From assembly GCF_000181795.1 (NCBI RefSeq), contig NW_003526944.1, positions 3,748,596 through 3,812,595 on the forward strand: a stretch of 64,000 nucleotides of DNA, given 5' to 3'. The notes beneath the pieces were generated by a model. That model saw nothing but the letters and a program-made list of their open reading frames with translations, did not search any database and was not told the DNA's origin. Position 1 is the first letter of the stretch, and each line of letters starts with the position of its first letter. This document shows positions 1 to 12,921 of the stretch, in pieces. The stretch comes from Trichinella spiralis. Lineage: Eukaryota. A program made the translations under genes and the position numbers.

Positions 1-385
1 AAATTGTTGATAAATGAAAAAAGAAATAATTAAAATCATTCCCCTTTAGTGACAAAATAAATACAAATACAAAAAGTTGAGAAAGTTTTCTTTTCAATAG
101 TATAAACTTAATAATAAATTAATAAATTCATTTTATTGAAATAAAATTTAAAAAATATATATAAATTAATAAAGCAAAAACAAGTTAATCATTAAAAAAT
201 AATTTTTGTAAATTTATAAATAAGAGCTTGAATTTCATTAAAACAGTACAGTATAGGCGGCCAGTAGTGACATGTTGATTGTGTGGCGGGTGTGTGGTGT
301 TCGATGTTTGCATTAGTTTAATTTTACGATTAATCTGTTGAAAAGAAATTTCCCATACCCTGTTTGTTGAATAAAAGTGAGAAAA

Positions 386-2462
386 ATGCGTTCAAGGAGC
401 AGAAGTCGCTCCCGCTATAGAAGACATCGTGATCGTCGAACACGATCCAGGTCCAGGGCTCGTAGTCGCAGACGTCACAGGGATCGTTCTCCTGAAAGCA
501 GTTACAAACGACGTCGTGAATTGAGCCGTTCAAGAAATCGAAGGTAAAGCAAGAAGAAAAAAAACTGATTTATATAAAATATTTGTTTGTTCGAAAAATA
601 TTACCAATACTCTCTTGTATTGTTCAGCACGAAAAGAGCGGCCAGTTGTTCGTCTTCTGGTAGTTCATTGAGTGATGGGAAAATAAGCAAGTACGTTCGC
701 GAGGAGAAGAAATCCCGTCGGTAAGCACCACTGATTACTTGCTTTGCTTATTTTCACTGCCTGGATCCAATTCCAATAATCATTCCTTTCAACTAGCTAC
801 TTTGAACTGCAGCCACATCATCAACTACGTAATCCAACAGTGCTGTATTTGAATTTCAATTTTGATATTTTCTTTGTCAACGTTTTACATTTATTTCTAG
901 TAATGAACAATTATTGATGGCAAATCAGTTGAAACTTACCAGCACTGTACCGACGACGGTCGAGATGCCTGCCGGCTTGAGAACCAACTCGTCGAATTTG
1001 ACCACCACTCTCCAACAAGTAGACAGTTCAAATTTGATGAAAGCGACGATTTTTCCACTTGACGAAAGTGTGATTGAAAAACGCGCTCAACAACTTCTGC
1101 AAGCCCGCATTGCCGATGTGGACGCAGAAGTGGCATCCCGGCTGGCGGCTGCCAAGTCCGACTTGGAAGCTCAGATTCGAGCTCGAATTAGCATGGAATT
1201 GCAGGAAGAGATCAGCGCCTGTCAACGTCGTGAAGCAAGTTTTTCTTTTTTTTCTTTTATTTAATATTGTTTTATTGTGTGCGACGCGGTTGAGCATTTT
1301 CTGGCATATTCAAGTGTGTAACTTCAGCGCGAACAGTGATTATGTATACAGTACGATTGGCATGCTCGAACAAGATTAATTAACACTGAGAGGTCACAAT
1401 CTTTCATATTCATTTCCCATTTTTCATTTTCATTTTCATACAGCAATTTGGCAAATCAAATTTTTAATTGATGACCGAATTGGATTGAAATTTTACCTAA
1501 TTTTCATTCTTTCGATATTTATCAGCATCAGTTAGTGGTGGTCTTTTTACTTGCACGCACGTATTAATTGTCGTCGACCGTATTTTTGATAAGGTACAAA
1601 AGTAGGCCAAATTTGATAAATGGATGAATGAGTATTATTAGACTACTGGTATAATAGTGTAGTTTGTTTTTCTAAAAATAAAAATCAATTTTATACGTAG
1701 GAAAAATACTTTACAATAAATATTTTTTTGTCTGTCTAATTTTTGAATAAAAGCTTTTAGTTTTGAACTATTTGTGTTGTTGTTGTTGTTCTTGTAAGTC
1801 TCGTTGTCATTTTTGTCGTTGTTGTTGTTGCGCTAAGTACGTTGAACATAGGCTTTTTTTCCGTTGGAGTTGACAGGTATTTGTTATGCAAATGAGACGC
1901 GGACGATCGCCAAACCGTATGTGTGTGTGTGTGTGTATTGTAAGTTTCACCACCTCTTTCCGTTCTGATATTCCAATATACGCACAAACACAAACAACAG
2001 TGCAATATTGGAGTGTGTTGATTAGCATATTTAAAAAAAAAATAACCGTCGGCTTGTATGCACATCGACAGATGGCGTAAGTATGACGAACGTTTGGCGC
2101 TTTAATCGACTGGACAATGTTTTCAGGCCGAATCGAAACAGCGTTGCGAAGAGCTGGAACGTCAGCTTCAGGCAAAATTGCAAGAGCTCGAAGAGTCGAA
2201 ACGAAAATTAGTAAATTTGCATAATATAATAATGAAATAAAATATTCATCCGTACGTTGTGGTGGTTGGTTGTTTATTAATTCTTTTTTCTCTGTAGGAC
2301 GAAGAACGACTTCTGATGCTGGAAACGAAGAGGATGCTTGAAACGGAACGTCAAGAATTGAAAAAAGAAAAAGACAAAATTGTCCGAGAAGAACAGACGA
2401 TCATTCTTGGCAAAGGAGGTTCGAGACCGAAACTGAAATTCTCTTTGAACAAAACAAAATAA
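386..2462 (+). CDS. ARGLU1: Arginine/glutamate-rich protein 1 (ARGLU1-like), 5 exons: 386-543, 628-720, 901-1234, 2127-2210, 2298-2462
   Basis: RS-rich N-terminus (MRSRSRSRSRYRRHRDRRTRSRSR), coiled-coil middle, and C-terminus EEQTIILGKGGSRPKLKFSLNKTK* matching the ARGLU1 signature EEQKIILGKGKSRPKLSFSL. Exon phases join in frame; intron 3 needs a GC donor. Confidence 0.88.
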
Positions 2463-2687
2463 TAATAATAATACTGTATATATAATATTATAGTGAAAAA
2501 TATATTTTCTTTTGTTCTTTATACAATTAAAATTCAATTGTATAAAACAAAAAAGTTACAACATTATTGTTTTTTTTATTGATTATTTCATGTGTAAAAA
2601 TAGGCGTGCATGTTTTTTGTTTTGTAAAAGAAAAAATTATCATTTTACGAGGTCAATTTTCTGTCTGTCTGTCGTTGATCATCCTCA

Positions 2688-5484
2688 TCAATCGTCGTCA
2701 ATTGAACAACGGCATCGTTGCAGTCGAACTTCCAACATGGCCAACTGGCGAAGCAGTTTCGCATTTTCCTCTCTCAGTGCATGAATGGTCTACAAAAATT
2801 GGAAACATTTTGTTGTTTACCTATTTGTTTGTTTGTTTGTTTATATTTGATAATAACGTCGTCGTACATCTTGTTCACTTTTGAAAAGTCCGCTGCGAAT
2901 AAGTTCCGCCGCTGATGGCCTCAAAGCTGGCTGTTGTTGAATCAACTGCGAAACAATTCCCGCCTAAAAAATTTGATTGAAAAAATAAATATTCCATGAC
3001 AATCAATGATGATGATCAACTGACGATCACTGGCCATTTTTGTTGAAAATCTTCAGCGATGCTTTGTTGTCTGAGTCGACCGATGTGAACCGCACGTTCC
3101 ATGGCCGTTTGGAACGGAAAATACATCTCGTAGACGATAATCCCAAAACTGTACATGTCAGTCTATGATTGAAGAACACAATTAAAAAAGAAAATTTACA
3201 TTTTTTTATAATTGGCGAAAAATACACTAACAAACCTTATTGTCGTATGTGGACAATTTCAATTGTTCCGGTGAAGCGTACAGAGAAGTGCCAATAGCTT
3301 TGCTGTGTTGTTTCGTCGGCTGAGGTTGTTGTTCAACTTTGGTGAAGTTGTTGTTCTCCTGTTCGGACCAAATTTCCGGAGACAAAAATTGACAAGCCAA
3401 ACCAAAATCGCCCAAAAGCACCTGCGGTTTTTGGCCACTGAGAAACACGTTGCTCGGCTACAAAAATATTTGAATTAATTAATTAATTAACATAACAACA
3501 AGCAACCTTCAAATCTCGATGCATCACATTTTGACTGTGGATGTATTGGATCGCTTCGACCAATTGGCGAAGGATGATTTCGTTGACGTCCGCATTGACT
3601 AAGTCGAACGGAGAAGCTGAAAAATAATTCCAATTCAGATAACCTACTTTTTGTTTTTCGATAATTTGCATAGAGCAAATTACAACAATTCGATTTCACC
3701 GCCGCATTGCGTTCGTCCATCCAATCTTTCAACGTCCAAGAGCACAATTCCATTTGCAAATAAAGCTTCAGAGCTTTCGGCTAAAAAAAAGAACAAACGC
3801 TAAATTGACCGATCACACAACACAATACACAAATACAAACAGCTTCGTACAATTTTTTTGCTTTTTTTCAACTTTTTGGCAAAATTCATTTCTGAACCGG
3901 AACAAGACGACGACGATGACTTAGATGATGATGATGATGATGATGACAACGAACAAGAAGCTTGAGAAGGTGAATTTTCCAACAATTTTGGCGGGAAACT
4001 TTGGCCACTGGTCGAGGCGAACACAATTTCAGGCGAAGAACGCGACCGCGGCAAACGCAAAGACGACAACATTGGAGAAAATGTGCCCCGTTTGTTGTTG
4101 TCGTCGTTGGTGGTCGAATTGGTGAGCGAAACATCTCTGAATTGAAAAATTCAAATTTTAGAAAAAAAAACATATACATTAAGCGAATAAAACATATAGA
4201 TAGATTACTGTAATTCTCGAATTTTCAACGACTCCGGCGACGTTGGCAGACTTTCAACCGCCTGCGGATCAAACTCCAGCCAAGCGCAGTGATACCGTAC
4301 CACGTTCGGATGGTTCAACCTGGCCAAAAAACGCACTTCGCCAAGCAGCTGAGAAAATTATCATTTTTTTGAAAAATATTGTAAAATCAAAAAAAAATTA
4401 TATAACAATAATGACCGACTTTCAAACATTGTTCCGGAGACAGTACCGAAAATTCAATTTTCTTAACAGCGTAAACTTGATCGTCAAGTTTGTTCAAAGC
4501 CTGGAATAGAAAATTCAAAAATTCGCTCACTTCTTCTTACACGAATGGATTTATTTATAAACAAACAACACAAGCGTTACTTTGACCACTTGACCAAAGC
4601 CACCTTTGCCGAGTTGGCAAATTTCCACAAAATCAATTCCATACCGACTGATTGCAATGTTGTTTTTGTTTTCATTCAACGCAGCGACACTTTTCTCACC
4701 CAATTCAGGAAATGATGTTGATCGATTTTCGAGCATTTTAATGGATTTCTAAATATCGAAAATCAAAATTTCCACATAAATTGCCAGCCACATTCGATTA
4801 AAAAATCCAAACATTCTGCTAATTTACATTTGGATCCAAAAAGCACTGGGCTTTTTCCAACAAATGAGCCATGGACAAGAAAAATTGCTGACGAATTGAA
4901 TAAAGTTCATTGGAAATCAACAACGGAGGTATCAACTGCAGAACATCAATTAACATCATTAATCAGACTGATCCAAGCAAGCGACAAATTACAACTGCTT
5001 ACTCCGAGTTCGACGAGAGTTTGAGATAAAACTGAAAACCTTTTTTTCAACTTTGAAAAATAAAAATCAAAAAATCAAAATTTTAAAACATACCGCAAAA
5101 CAATTTCTTCTGCTTTTCCGGGTTCGACTCGGTCAGGCAGCAGACCATTTCGACCAGAGCAATCAGGACAAATTTGATATGATCCTCGGACCAACGTCCG
5201 TCGGCAACCGTGCCCAACTCTTTCGGGGCAATTTGCACCAGCGCGTCGGGAATTGGGCTGCAATTTGGACTCGGTTCTGAAAATCACCATATTTTATCAC
5301 GTGTGAATGAAACCAACGAACCGATGAATTTCCACATTCCACAGTTCACCAAATCGACCACCACCTCAAACTGTTTTCACAAAATTTGCAAATTATTCAA
5401 ATTACCATCGAAGCGTTCCAACAGCGGCGGATCGTTCAGTATTTCTTCCACTTTGCTGATCAACTTTTTATTTTTCTCTTCCAT
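2688..5484 (-). CDS. EIF2AK1: eIF2-alpha kinase, heme-regulated inhibitor (HRI) type, multi-exon
   Basis: Kinase motifs SRYGIDF..LGKGGFGQV, YAVKKI, HPNVVRYHCAWLE, Ser-rich kinase insert, LYLQMELC, HRDLKPSNVF, GDFGLA, GTSLYASPEQ. N-terminal exons (LIALVEMVCCLTESNPEKQKKLFCVLSQTLVELG..SNELYSIRQ..MAHLLEKA) resemble the HRI N-terminal domain. C-terminal coiled coil (ALREENAKLLRQLAMLE). No RWD/HisRS domains, signal peptide or transmembrane segment. Confidence 0.82.
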
Positions 5485-5961
5485 AAATCATTCTTCCACA
5501 GCAGAACAATCGCTTTCTTGCGCGGAGAACCAAAATTGAAACACAAAATGTCGTTTTCAAATTTGTCGTCGATAGATTTTCATCAACAATCGACTGATAA
5601 ACAACAACCAACGGACCGATTTGAGCTTTCTCACGCACAATACAGTAATAATAGAAAGTAAGTAACAAGAATAAAACTTTTCGATTATAGTATGAAAAAA
5701 AATATTTTTGAACATCTTTTTAAAGGAACCAAACCATGCCTTCGCATTGAACTTACTGTAAATTACAACTTGCTCATGAAAAAACGTGAAAATTTGGAAC
5801 TTTTTTAAAAAAAATATCAAATTGCACTTGCAAAAAACACCAAAAAAAGATTTGCATCCATCAAAAAATGTTTTACTCGTGTAATTTGAGAAAAAAAAAC
5901 AAGTTTCACACCCATTTTCCAAAAAAACTTTTATTCATAATTTAATGTCTGTAGTAATAAT

Positions 5962-8900
5962 TCATTCGGTACTGAACTTGATCGAGTTTGTAACGTTTGG
6001 ATCAATGCGTCCTCCTCGGTATGTACCTCGCTTCTTCTTTGTTTTCTCTTTGCGAAAACTCTTCCCTTTCACAGTGGAAAAAGTTTCATACGCCTTTTTA
6101 CCCCATTCATCGTACTGTAAAATTATTCGAAAAATTATCAAATTATTATTAAACTGCACGACAAAAAATAGCATACTTTTGATTTGAAGGAATTATCACG
6201 AAATGGTTCGTCCAAATCACTTTTCGAAGCAGAAACACGTCGAAATGGACTCGGTTTCTTCAAAGAAAAAAAAACACAAGAAGCAAAATATTCAATATTC
6301 CTCCTCTGAATCATTTCACAAATAAATTTTTTCTCACCCCATCCGTTGTATTACTACTTTCGTTCATCTTTTTCTTCTTCTTTTCTGACTGACCATTTTG
6401 GCTCTTGTTGAAACTTTTATTCATATCATCCGATGCGGCAGGTCGTTTTTTCTTCAACACTTTTCCACTATCATTGCCTTTTGATAGTGACTTTTCACCG
6501 CTACTCTGAGCTGCAAACAACAGCGGGCGTGGTTTCATTTGCATAATTTTCGGCGTACTCGTTTTCAATTTCATATCCGACAGGTTCATCAGTTCCAAAT
6601 CAACACTACTGGTGGAACTGTCGGATGTTGCTTCTTTCTTTCGTACAGAAGATGACGATGAAGCAGCTGCCTGCTGCTGCTGCTGCTGCTTGACGGCCTG
6701 AGTTTCCTCTTCATCAGATGATGTTGTTTCAGAATCAGACGACATTTTCTTCTCATTGGTATTCTTTTTCGCATGCTTCATCGGTGTAATAATTTTCGAC
6801 TTCAAATTCGACAATTCCACTTTTTCAGAATCAGTACTGGAACTGTCGGATGTTTCTTGTTTCTTTTGTGCATGTGATGATGATAATGATGATGGTTGAA
6901 TTTTCTGCTTCTTCGCTTGACTTTCATTTAACTTTTCTTCATCAGAATCTGAAGACGAACTCACATCATCACGGACTCTTTTCTTACTGTTCACCAATCC
7001 GGGAACAGATTTGCCACCTCCTTTTGCAACAACAGTAATCTTGCCAGTTGTCTTCGCATTCTCCTGTACGTCGTCGTCACTGGACGAAGAATCATCATCT
7101 TTCTGCATAAGCACTTGAGTAAGCTTCACCGCGGGCGGTGCCACTTTTGCACTTCTCGGCAAACTGTTCATCTTTTCCAAATGCAACAGTGTCTTGTTTT
7201 TCTTTTCCTTGCTCTTTTCTGCTTTTTCTTCTTCGCTCGACGTCGTCGATGAACTTCCACTACTGCTCGACGCTTTTTTCTTCAAAATTCCCGCTTTTTC
7301 TTGAGAACGACTATTCACAAGCTCATCATCCGAAGAGCTATCATCACTACTGCTTGTACTTTCCGAATCGGATACTTTCTCTTTCTGTACGGAGGAAAGG
7401 TTCTTCTTGGTCTGAAAAGCTGCTGCGCTGAGAACTGCCTTGTCTTTTGTCACTTGATCAATTAAATCCATATCGCCGCTGCTGCTACTGTCACTAGTGT
7501 CACTGTCAGATTTACGTACAGTCTTTTTTGGATTCTTCAATGTGCTGCTGTTGCTGCTGACTACCGACTGTGTCGTTTTCTTCGTAATCGGCTTTGCAGC
7601 AGCAAGATCATCTTCAGAAGATGTGCTAGTATCACTTTCGGATGATGAAGCCGCTCTTTGAACAGCAGATGACGACAGTGCGGCGATCCTCGAAATCATT
7701 GGAATCATCTTCACTTCTTTCTTCAATTCTACTTCCTCCTCACTGCTGCTGCTAGTGGTACTATCACTGTCAGAAGATTGTTCTTTTTTTCCAAAAATAT
7801 TTTTCCCAACCACCGTCGGAGGATGTTTCGGTTCAATTCCACGGTTGTTTAGCTGCTTCTGCTTTTTCGCAGGCGGAGGATTTTCCGATGAACTGTCGCT
7901 TTCAGAACTGGAGTCCGTCTCAGCTTTAGTTTTAGATGTCAATGCAACTGCTTTTTGATCAACCGACTTCAATGTTTCAACATCTTCACTACTGCTGGAA
8001 TCCGTGCTTGATGATGTATCGTTTTTATTATGCAACGGCAACTTTTTTTGCACTACTGTATTCAAGCTTTTCTTATTCAACGGCGCCGCTTCATCGCTGC
8101 TCGATGATTCACTGCTGCTACTATCGCTACTTGCAGCTACTTTTTTACCCGCTTTCTGTATCGTCGCAGCTTTGTTAAATTTCCCTACCACAAGCTGATG
8201 TGTTTGCTGTTTATTCAACTTTTTAACTTCTTCTTTGTTCGGGACGGATTTCAAATTTTCTGGCTTCTTTAAAGGTACAAATGCTTTCTTGATTGGAGTC
8301 GTCTGCACATCTGATTCGTCGCTTGAACTCTCTTCATCTGCTTTGCTGACAGCCTTCTTCGCTACCATATTTATTTTGCCTTTTTGATTCAAAGTTGCCG
8401 TTGTGTTCACTGTTGCCTCATCATCCGAACTGTCACTGCTGCTACTGTCACTGCTTTCCCCTTGTTTTGCCATCATCTGCCGCTTCAGAAACAATGCTTT
8501 AGAAACATTCAGCGCAGCTGCTTTCTACAGAAATTATAAATTATGAAAAACAATCCAATTATCAAATGCATTATCACTTTGTTTACCTTTACTGATGACC
8601 CATTCAAAACCTTATTTGTCTCCTTCATTCCAGGACTTTTTGATGCCAATGCCCCTGGTAAAGATGGCACCTGTTGGACGGCAATTTTTTTAGACGCCGC
8701 TTCACCATCAGAGCTTTCCGTGTCTGAATCGTCCGAACTGTTGTTCTCAACTTTGGCTGCATAAGGTGCATTTGTCTACAATGTAAGATTTATTATACAT
8801 TAGCCAAAATTAAATACAATAAATATGCGCTACCGCCTTTTTCATCGACTGTACAATTTTATTGGCCACAATGCATTCCTCATCAGAACTACTATCGCTA

Positions 8901-9430
8901 CTAGTGTCGCTGCTGCTTGAAGCTTTTTTCGATCTAACAGCAACTTCTTTGGATTTATCAGCATCAACTCTCTGCGCACCAACACCTGCAAATTATATTA
9001 TTCAGTAACCGTAAATTTAAAAAATCGTTTTTACAGATAATTTCACCTTTATTCAATTCGAGCTTTCTCTTCTTGTTTGCTATTGCGTCAGCACTTCTAA
9101 ACAATGTTTTGTAAAAAAAATTTAATTTGCTTTGGAGAAGAAACATTCACCAAATAAAAAAGCAAAATGATACATGTCACACAAATTAAATAAAAAGTAA
9201 ACAAACAGTACACATACAAATAATTGCGAACAATCGTCTCCAAGTCACTTGCTGGCTCATTCTGTAAAAAGCAGTATTTATGTACTGGACAAATATAGAT
9301 TTATTCGATTTACCGATTTCAGAAGCTTTTTATTTGAGCCACCATATATTTTCAGCGCAGTAGCTTCGTTAAAGTTCTTCTTTAAAAAGTCAAAAACAAG
9401 TTTATGGCAAACGCTACTTTCCCCTGACAT
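5962..9430 (-). CDS. NOLC1: Nucleolar phosphoprotein Nopp140/NOLC1 (SRP40/dao-5 family), multi-exon with a large central exon (~6338-8525)
   Basis: LisH-like start ([18 protein letters not shown]), alternating acidic poly-Ser and Lys/Pro-rich blocks, and SRP40 C-terminal domain (PFRRV...[45 protein letters not shown]). Confidence 0.92.
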
Positions 9431-10790
9431 CTACAATGTTAAAAGAAAGTATTTTTCAGTGCGGCAAACATAATTCATTAAAAAAGTTTCATTTTCTTGT
9501 TAAAACTAACAAAATAATATCTTATTCTAACACTAAGTGAAAATTTTCTCTTTCCAAATTCTTTACAATAAAATACTAACAATCGTAAATTAATCTAAAT
9601 TCTTTCTTAATTTTTTTAGCAAATAAAACGATAAAAAATTCAAAGTAAAAAAGAAGTTCACTACTGAAATATCGGTCAAGAGACACGCTGTTCTGTTTTA
9701 TGACAACCTCAAACAATAGCAATTAGCAATTTAATACAACTAAGCAACATCATAACATCTTAAAACTATCAATGAATATCAAGTATAAATAATTTTAGTG
9801 ATAAATTTGATATATGATGTTCAGTTTTCAATGTAAGTAAATTTGTTTCTTTACCTTTTATTTTCTTGAAAAAATCGAATTCTAAAGTATTTTAAATTAA
9901 ATATGCGTCTACTGAACGCTGTATAGCACTTATGTGTGCTAACTATTCAATCGAAAAATACCACGACCGTATAATTGATATATATTGCTAATGCCAATCT
10001 GACAAACAGAAGGACTATTCCATATTGATAATCAAGTAAGTTCTTCATATATGTTATACAAATACAGTAGGAAAGTACTTTTACAAATCCGTTCACCGTA
10101 AAAAATACACAAAATGCTTAAAATAATTTAAAATGTAAATTTATTCTTTAATTTTAATAAAACGCATTTAACACATACAAAAAATAAATATAAACACCAA
10201 AATCAGTTACAAAAATCGCTTTGCTTTGTTGTACGAGAACTACAAAATTTCTTTGTTTTGTAAATTGTTTTGATTTGTTGTTTATTATGAATGTTGATTA
10301 CTTGAAGAGTGGTAAAATTGTAAAAGTTGCCTCAAGTGGTTTTAAATTCTAAGCTGAAGAAGTATGAGATACAGTTTGCATTTTAAAAAAGAAATGCAAC
10401 ATCGTTGGCTTATGCTTATCTGACTTTAAGTCAACTGTTGAAATAGCAATTTATTTACTAATCAATTCTGTCCAAAGTCTGCTCTTCACAGCGTTTTCTT
10501 TTTGACTATACAATACACATAATTTTAATTTGCGTAATGGCTTGAAGATCTATTTGAAATATTTAATCTTTATGAAGTTCATTCATTTACTCAATTGAAA
10601 AGTTTTCCTTTCTTTGTTTAGCATCATAATATAACGAGCTATAAAGTAATTATTTACTCCTGATTAATAAAATACAGTACTCGATATATACTTGATCGTT
10701 TATTTCGCATTCTTTAATTTTTACTATCATGTTCAATGTATTTGAAATGGATGAAATCTGAAATTGAATGAAATTTCATTTTTTCAGGTG

Positions 10791-12129
10791 ATGAACAAAT
10801 CAGAATTGCATCCTTTGCTAATTGTTTCACAATATGATGTTGACGATGAACCGCAGTCTATTTCTTCTTGGCGAAAATTCTGGACTAGCAAAGCTCTGGC
10901 TGAACGCGATTGTTTGGAAGAAAACGTTTGTTTTGTTAAAATAACTTTACGTTCCATTAACAAATTAGGTAAAGCAGTTTGGAATTTAAAATTTTATACG
11001 AAGGTAGATGAGTAGTAAATTTGCAGTTATTAGCAGATTTGTTCGGTTAGATAAATATTGTTTAAAATGGAAAAATGTGTATCATATTTTGAAACGTTTA
11101 ATGATGATTTATCTTTCTTATGATTTTTTCTTAGATTTTTTGGACAATAATGATCAATATTTGAATGCCATTTTATTGACAACATCAGAACCGAATGTCT
11201 CATTGCTCAGAAAACTGATTTCTTCAGTTGTTCCTGGTGGAAGCATATCAGTATATATGAAGGAAGGAAGTATGTATGTTACTTATCAACAATAGGTCTA
11301 TTCAGTTTAATAAACGTAGGTTTTTAGTTTGAATATATGTAATTGTGTTGCTTGAAAAAGCAGTTTGATGTTTAAATGCTTTAGAAATCGACTCCGATGA
11401 TATTCTCGCAGAAATAACCGAAGCCTTTAAAGGAAACAAAGTTGAGAAAGTAAACAAATTTTTCAATTGTATATAATGAAAATGATTTCCTTTTAATTTA
11501 GGAGCATTTGAGTCCAGATTGTGTTATATTTACTAGTACCGTTCCAGTTTCTTCATGTAAGTGTTATACTGTTTTGAACAGTTTTATTTTATTGTTCGGA
11601 TTTATAGCAAATGAGTGTGATGCAAAACCATCTGGTTCAGTTTGGTTGCTGGAAGACGAAGACTTAAATAATGAACTTATCAACGAGGATGAAATCATTA
11701 TTGCTGAAAATGTCATTTTGCCAGTGAAAAGTAAAAGATATATAGCATTGTATTTTTGATTGCCATATTTATTTAATTTCTGTTTGAGATCCTTGTGAGT
11801 TATCTGATTCTTCAAACTTAACCAGTAAGAAAAGACCATGCAAAAATTGTACTTGTGGATTGGCAGAAGCTTCTGGCGATTCTGATAAAAATGCCAAATC
11901 GTCTTGTGGAAATGTTGTGCTACGTTTCAATCATATTTTGTTTGTTTTACATTTTATTTATTTTTAGTGTTATCTCGGCGATGCATATCGTTGCTCTACT
12001 TGTCCGTATTTGGGATTGCCACCATTCAAACCTGGAGATAAGATAGTTATTGATAGAAATTTGAACGAGAAAATATCTGATTTGCGGAAAGAAGAGAACG
12101 AAAATCACACAGCAGAAAGTTCTATATGA
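10791..12129 (+). CDS. CIAPIN1: Anamorsin/CIAPIN1/Dre2 Fe-S assembly factor, multi-exon
   Basis: Acidic linker (ELINEDEII), motif 1 [15 protein letters not shown], and motif 2 [29 protein letters not shown] (CX2CX7CX2C). ATG taken just after a TTTTCAG acceptor; the start is less certain than the 3' end. Confidence 0.9.
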
Positions 12130-12921
12130 GTGAATTTGTATTCTATGGAAACATTCAAAATATCTAAATCGAAATAATTTTGTGTTCATGGTCTGGTGAT
12201 ATGCTTCGCTTGTATTGAGTAAATTGTATTTATACAATTTTGAATTAATCTAATTGTTAATTGTATGTTTAAGCTCATGTCACACATGATGTATAACAAT
12301 TTGAGTACCAAATAGTGGGAAGCAAAACAAAATGGTGAAAAATTTAAAGCACTTTTAAAAGATTGAAATATGTTTTAATAGTTTTTTTTAAATAAAGTAA
12401 CGCGTACAGAATGATGTATCTTAAACTGAATACAAACTATTCCAAAAATATTTATATTTCTTTCTCTTAAAAGACAGATGGTTACTGTAACACAAATAAG
12501 TTTACTGTAAGCTTTTGATTACAGTAATTATACTGATATTTATTTAATTTATGATATATTTATTTTTAATAAATTATGTCGAAGCAATGCTGAATTGGAG
12601 TTTTACAAAATATATAAATTAGGTAAATATCTTTGTAAAATTTATTAGTTTTGATATTTTGTAACTTTACGATAAAAGTATTACTATCACGTTATGTAGA
12701 TATAAATTTAACTATTTTGTCCATTTCAGTTAGTAGTGTTGATTTGCACTGCTATGGGCCCATGATGATTGAGTAGACTTAAAAAATTTAAATATAAATA
12801 TAACAATAATAAGTTTTTAATAAGTATTTATGAATTTTACTGTTCATGTAGCTTTCTTTAACTAGTAGTAATCGCAAATAATGTAGTTTCATTTTAAAAA
12901 GCGGCTAACAACGTGTGATTA

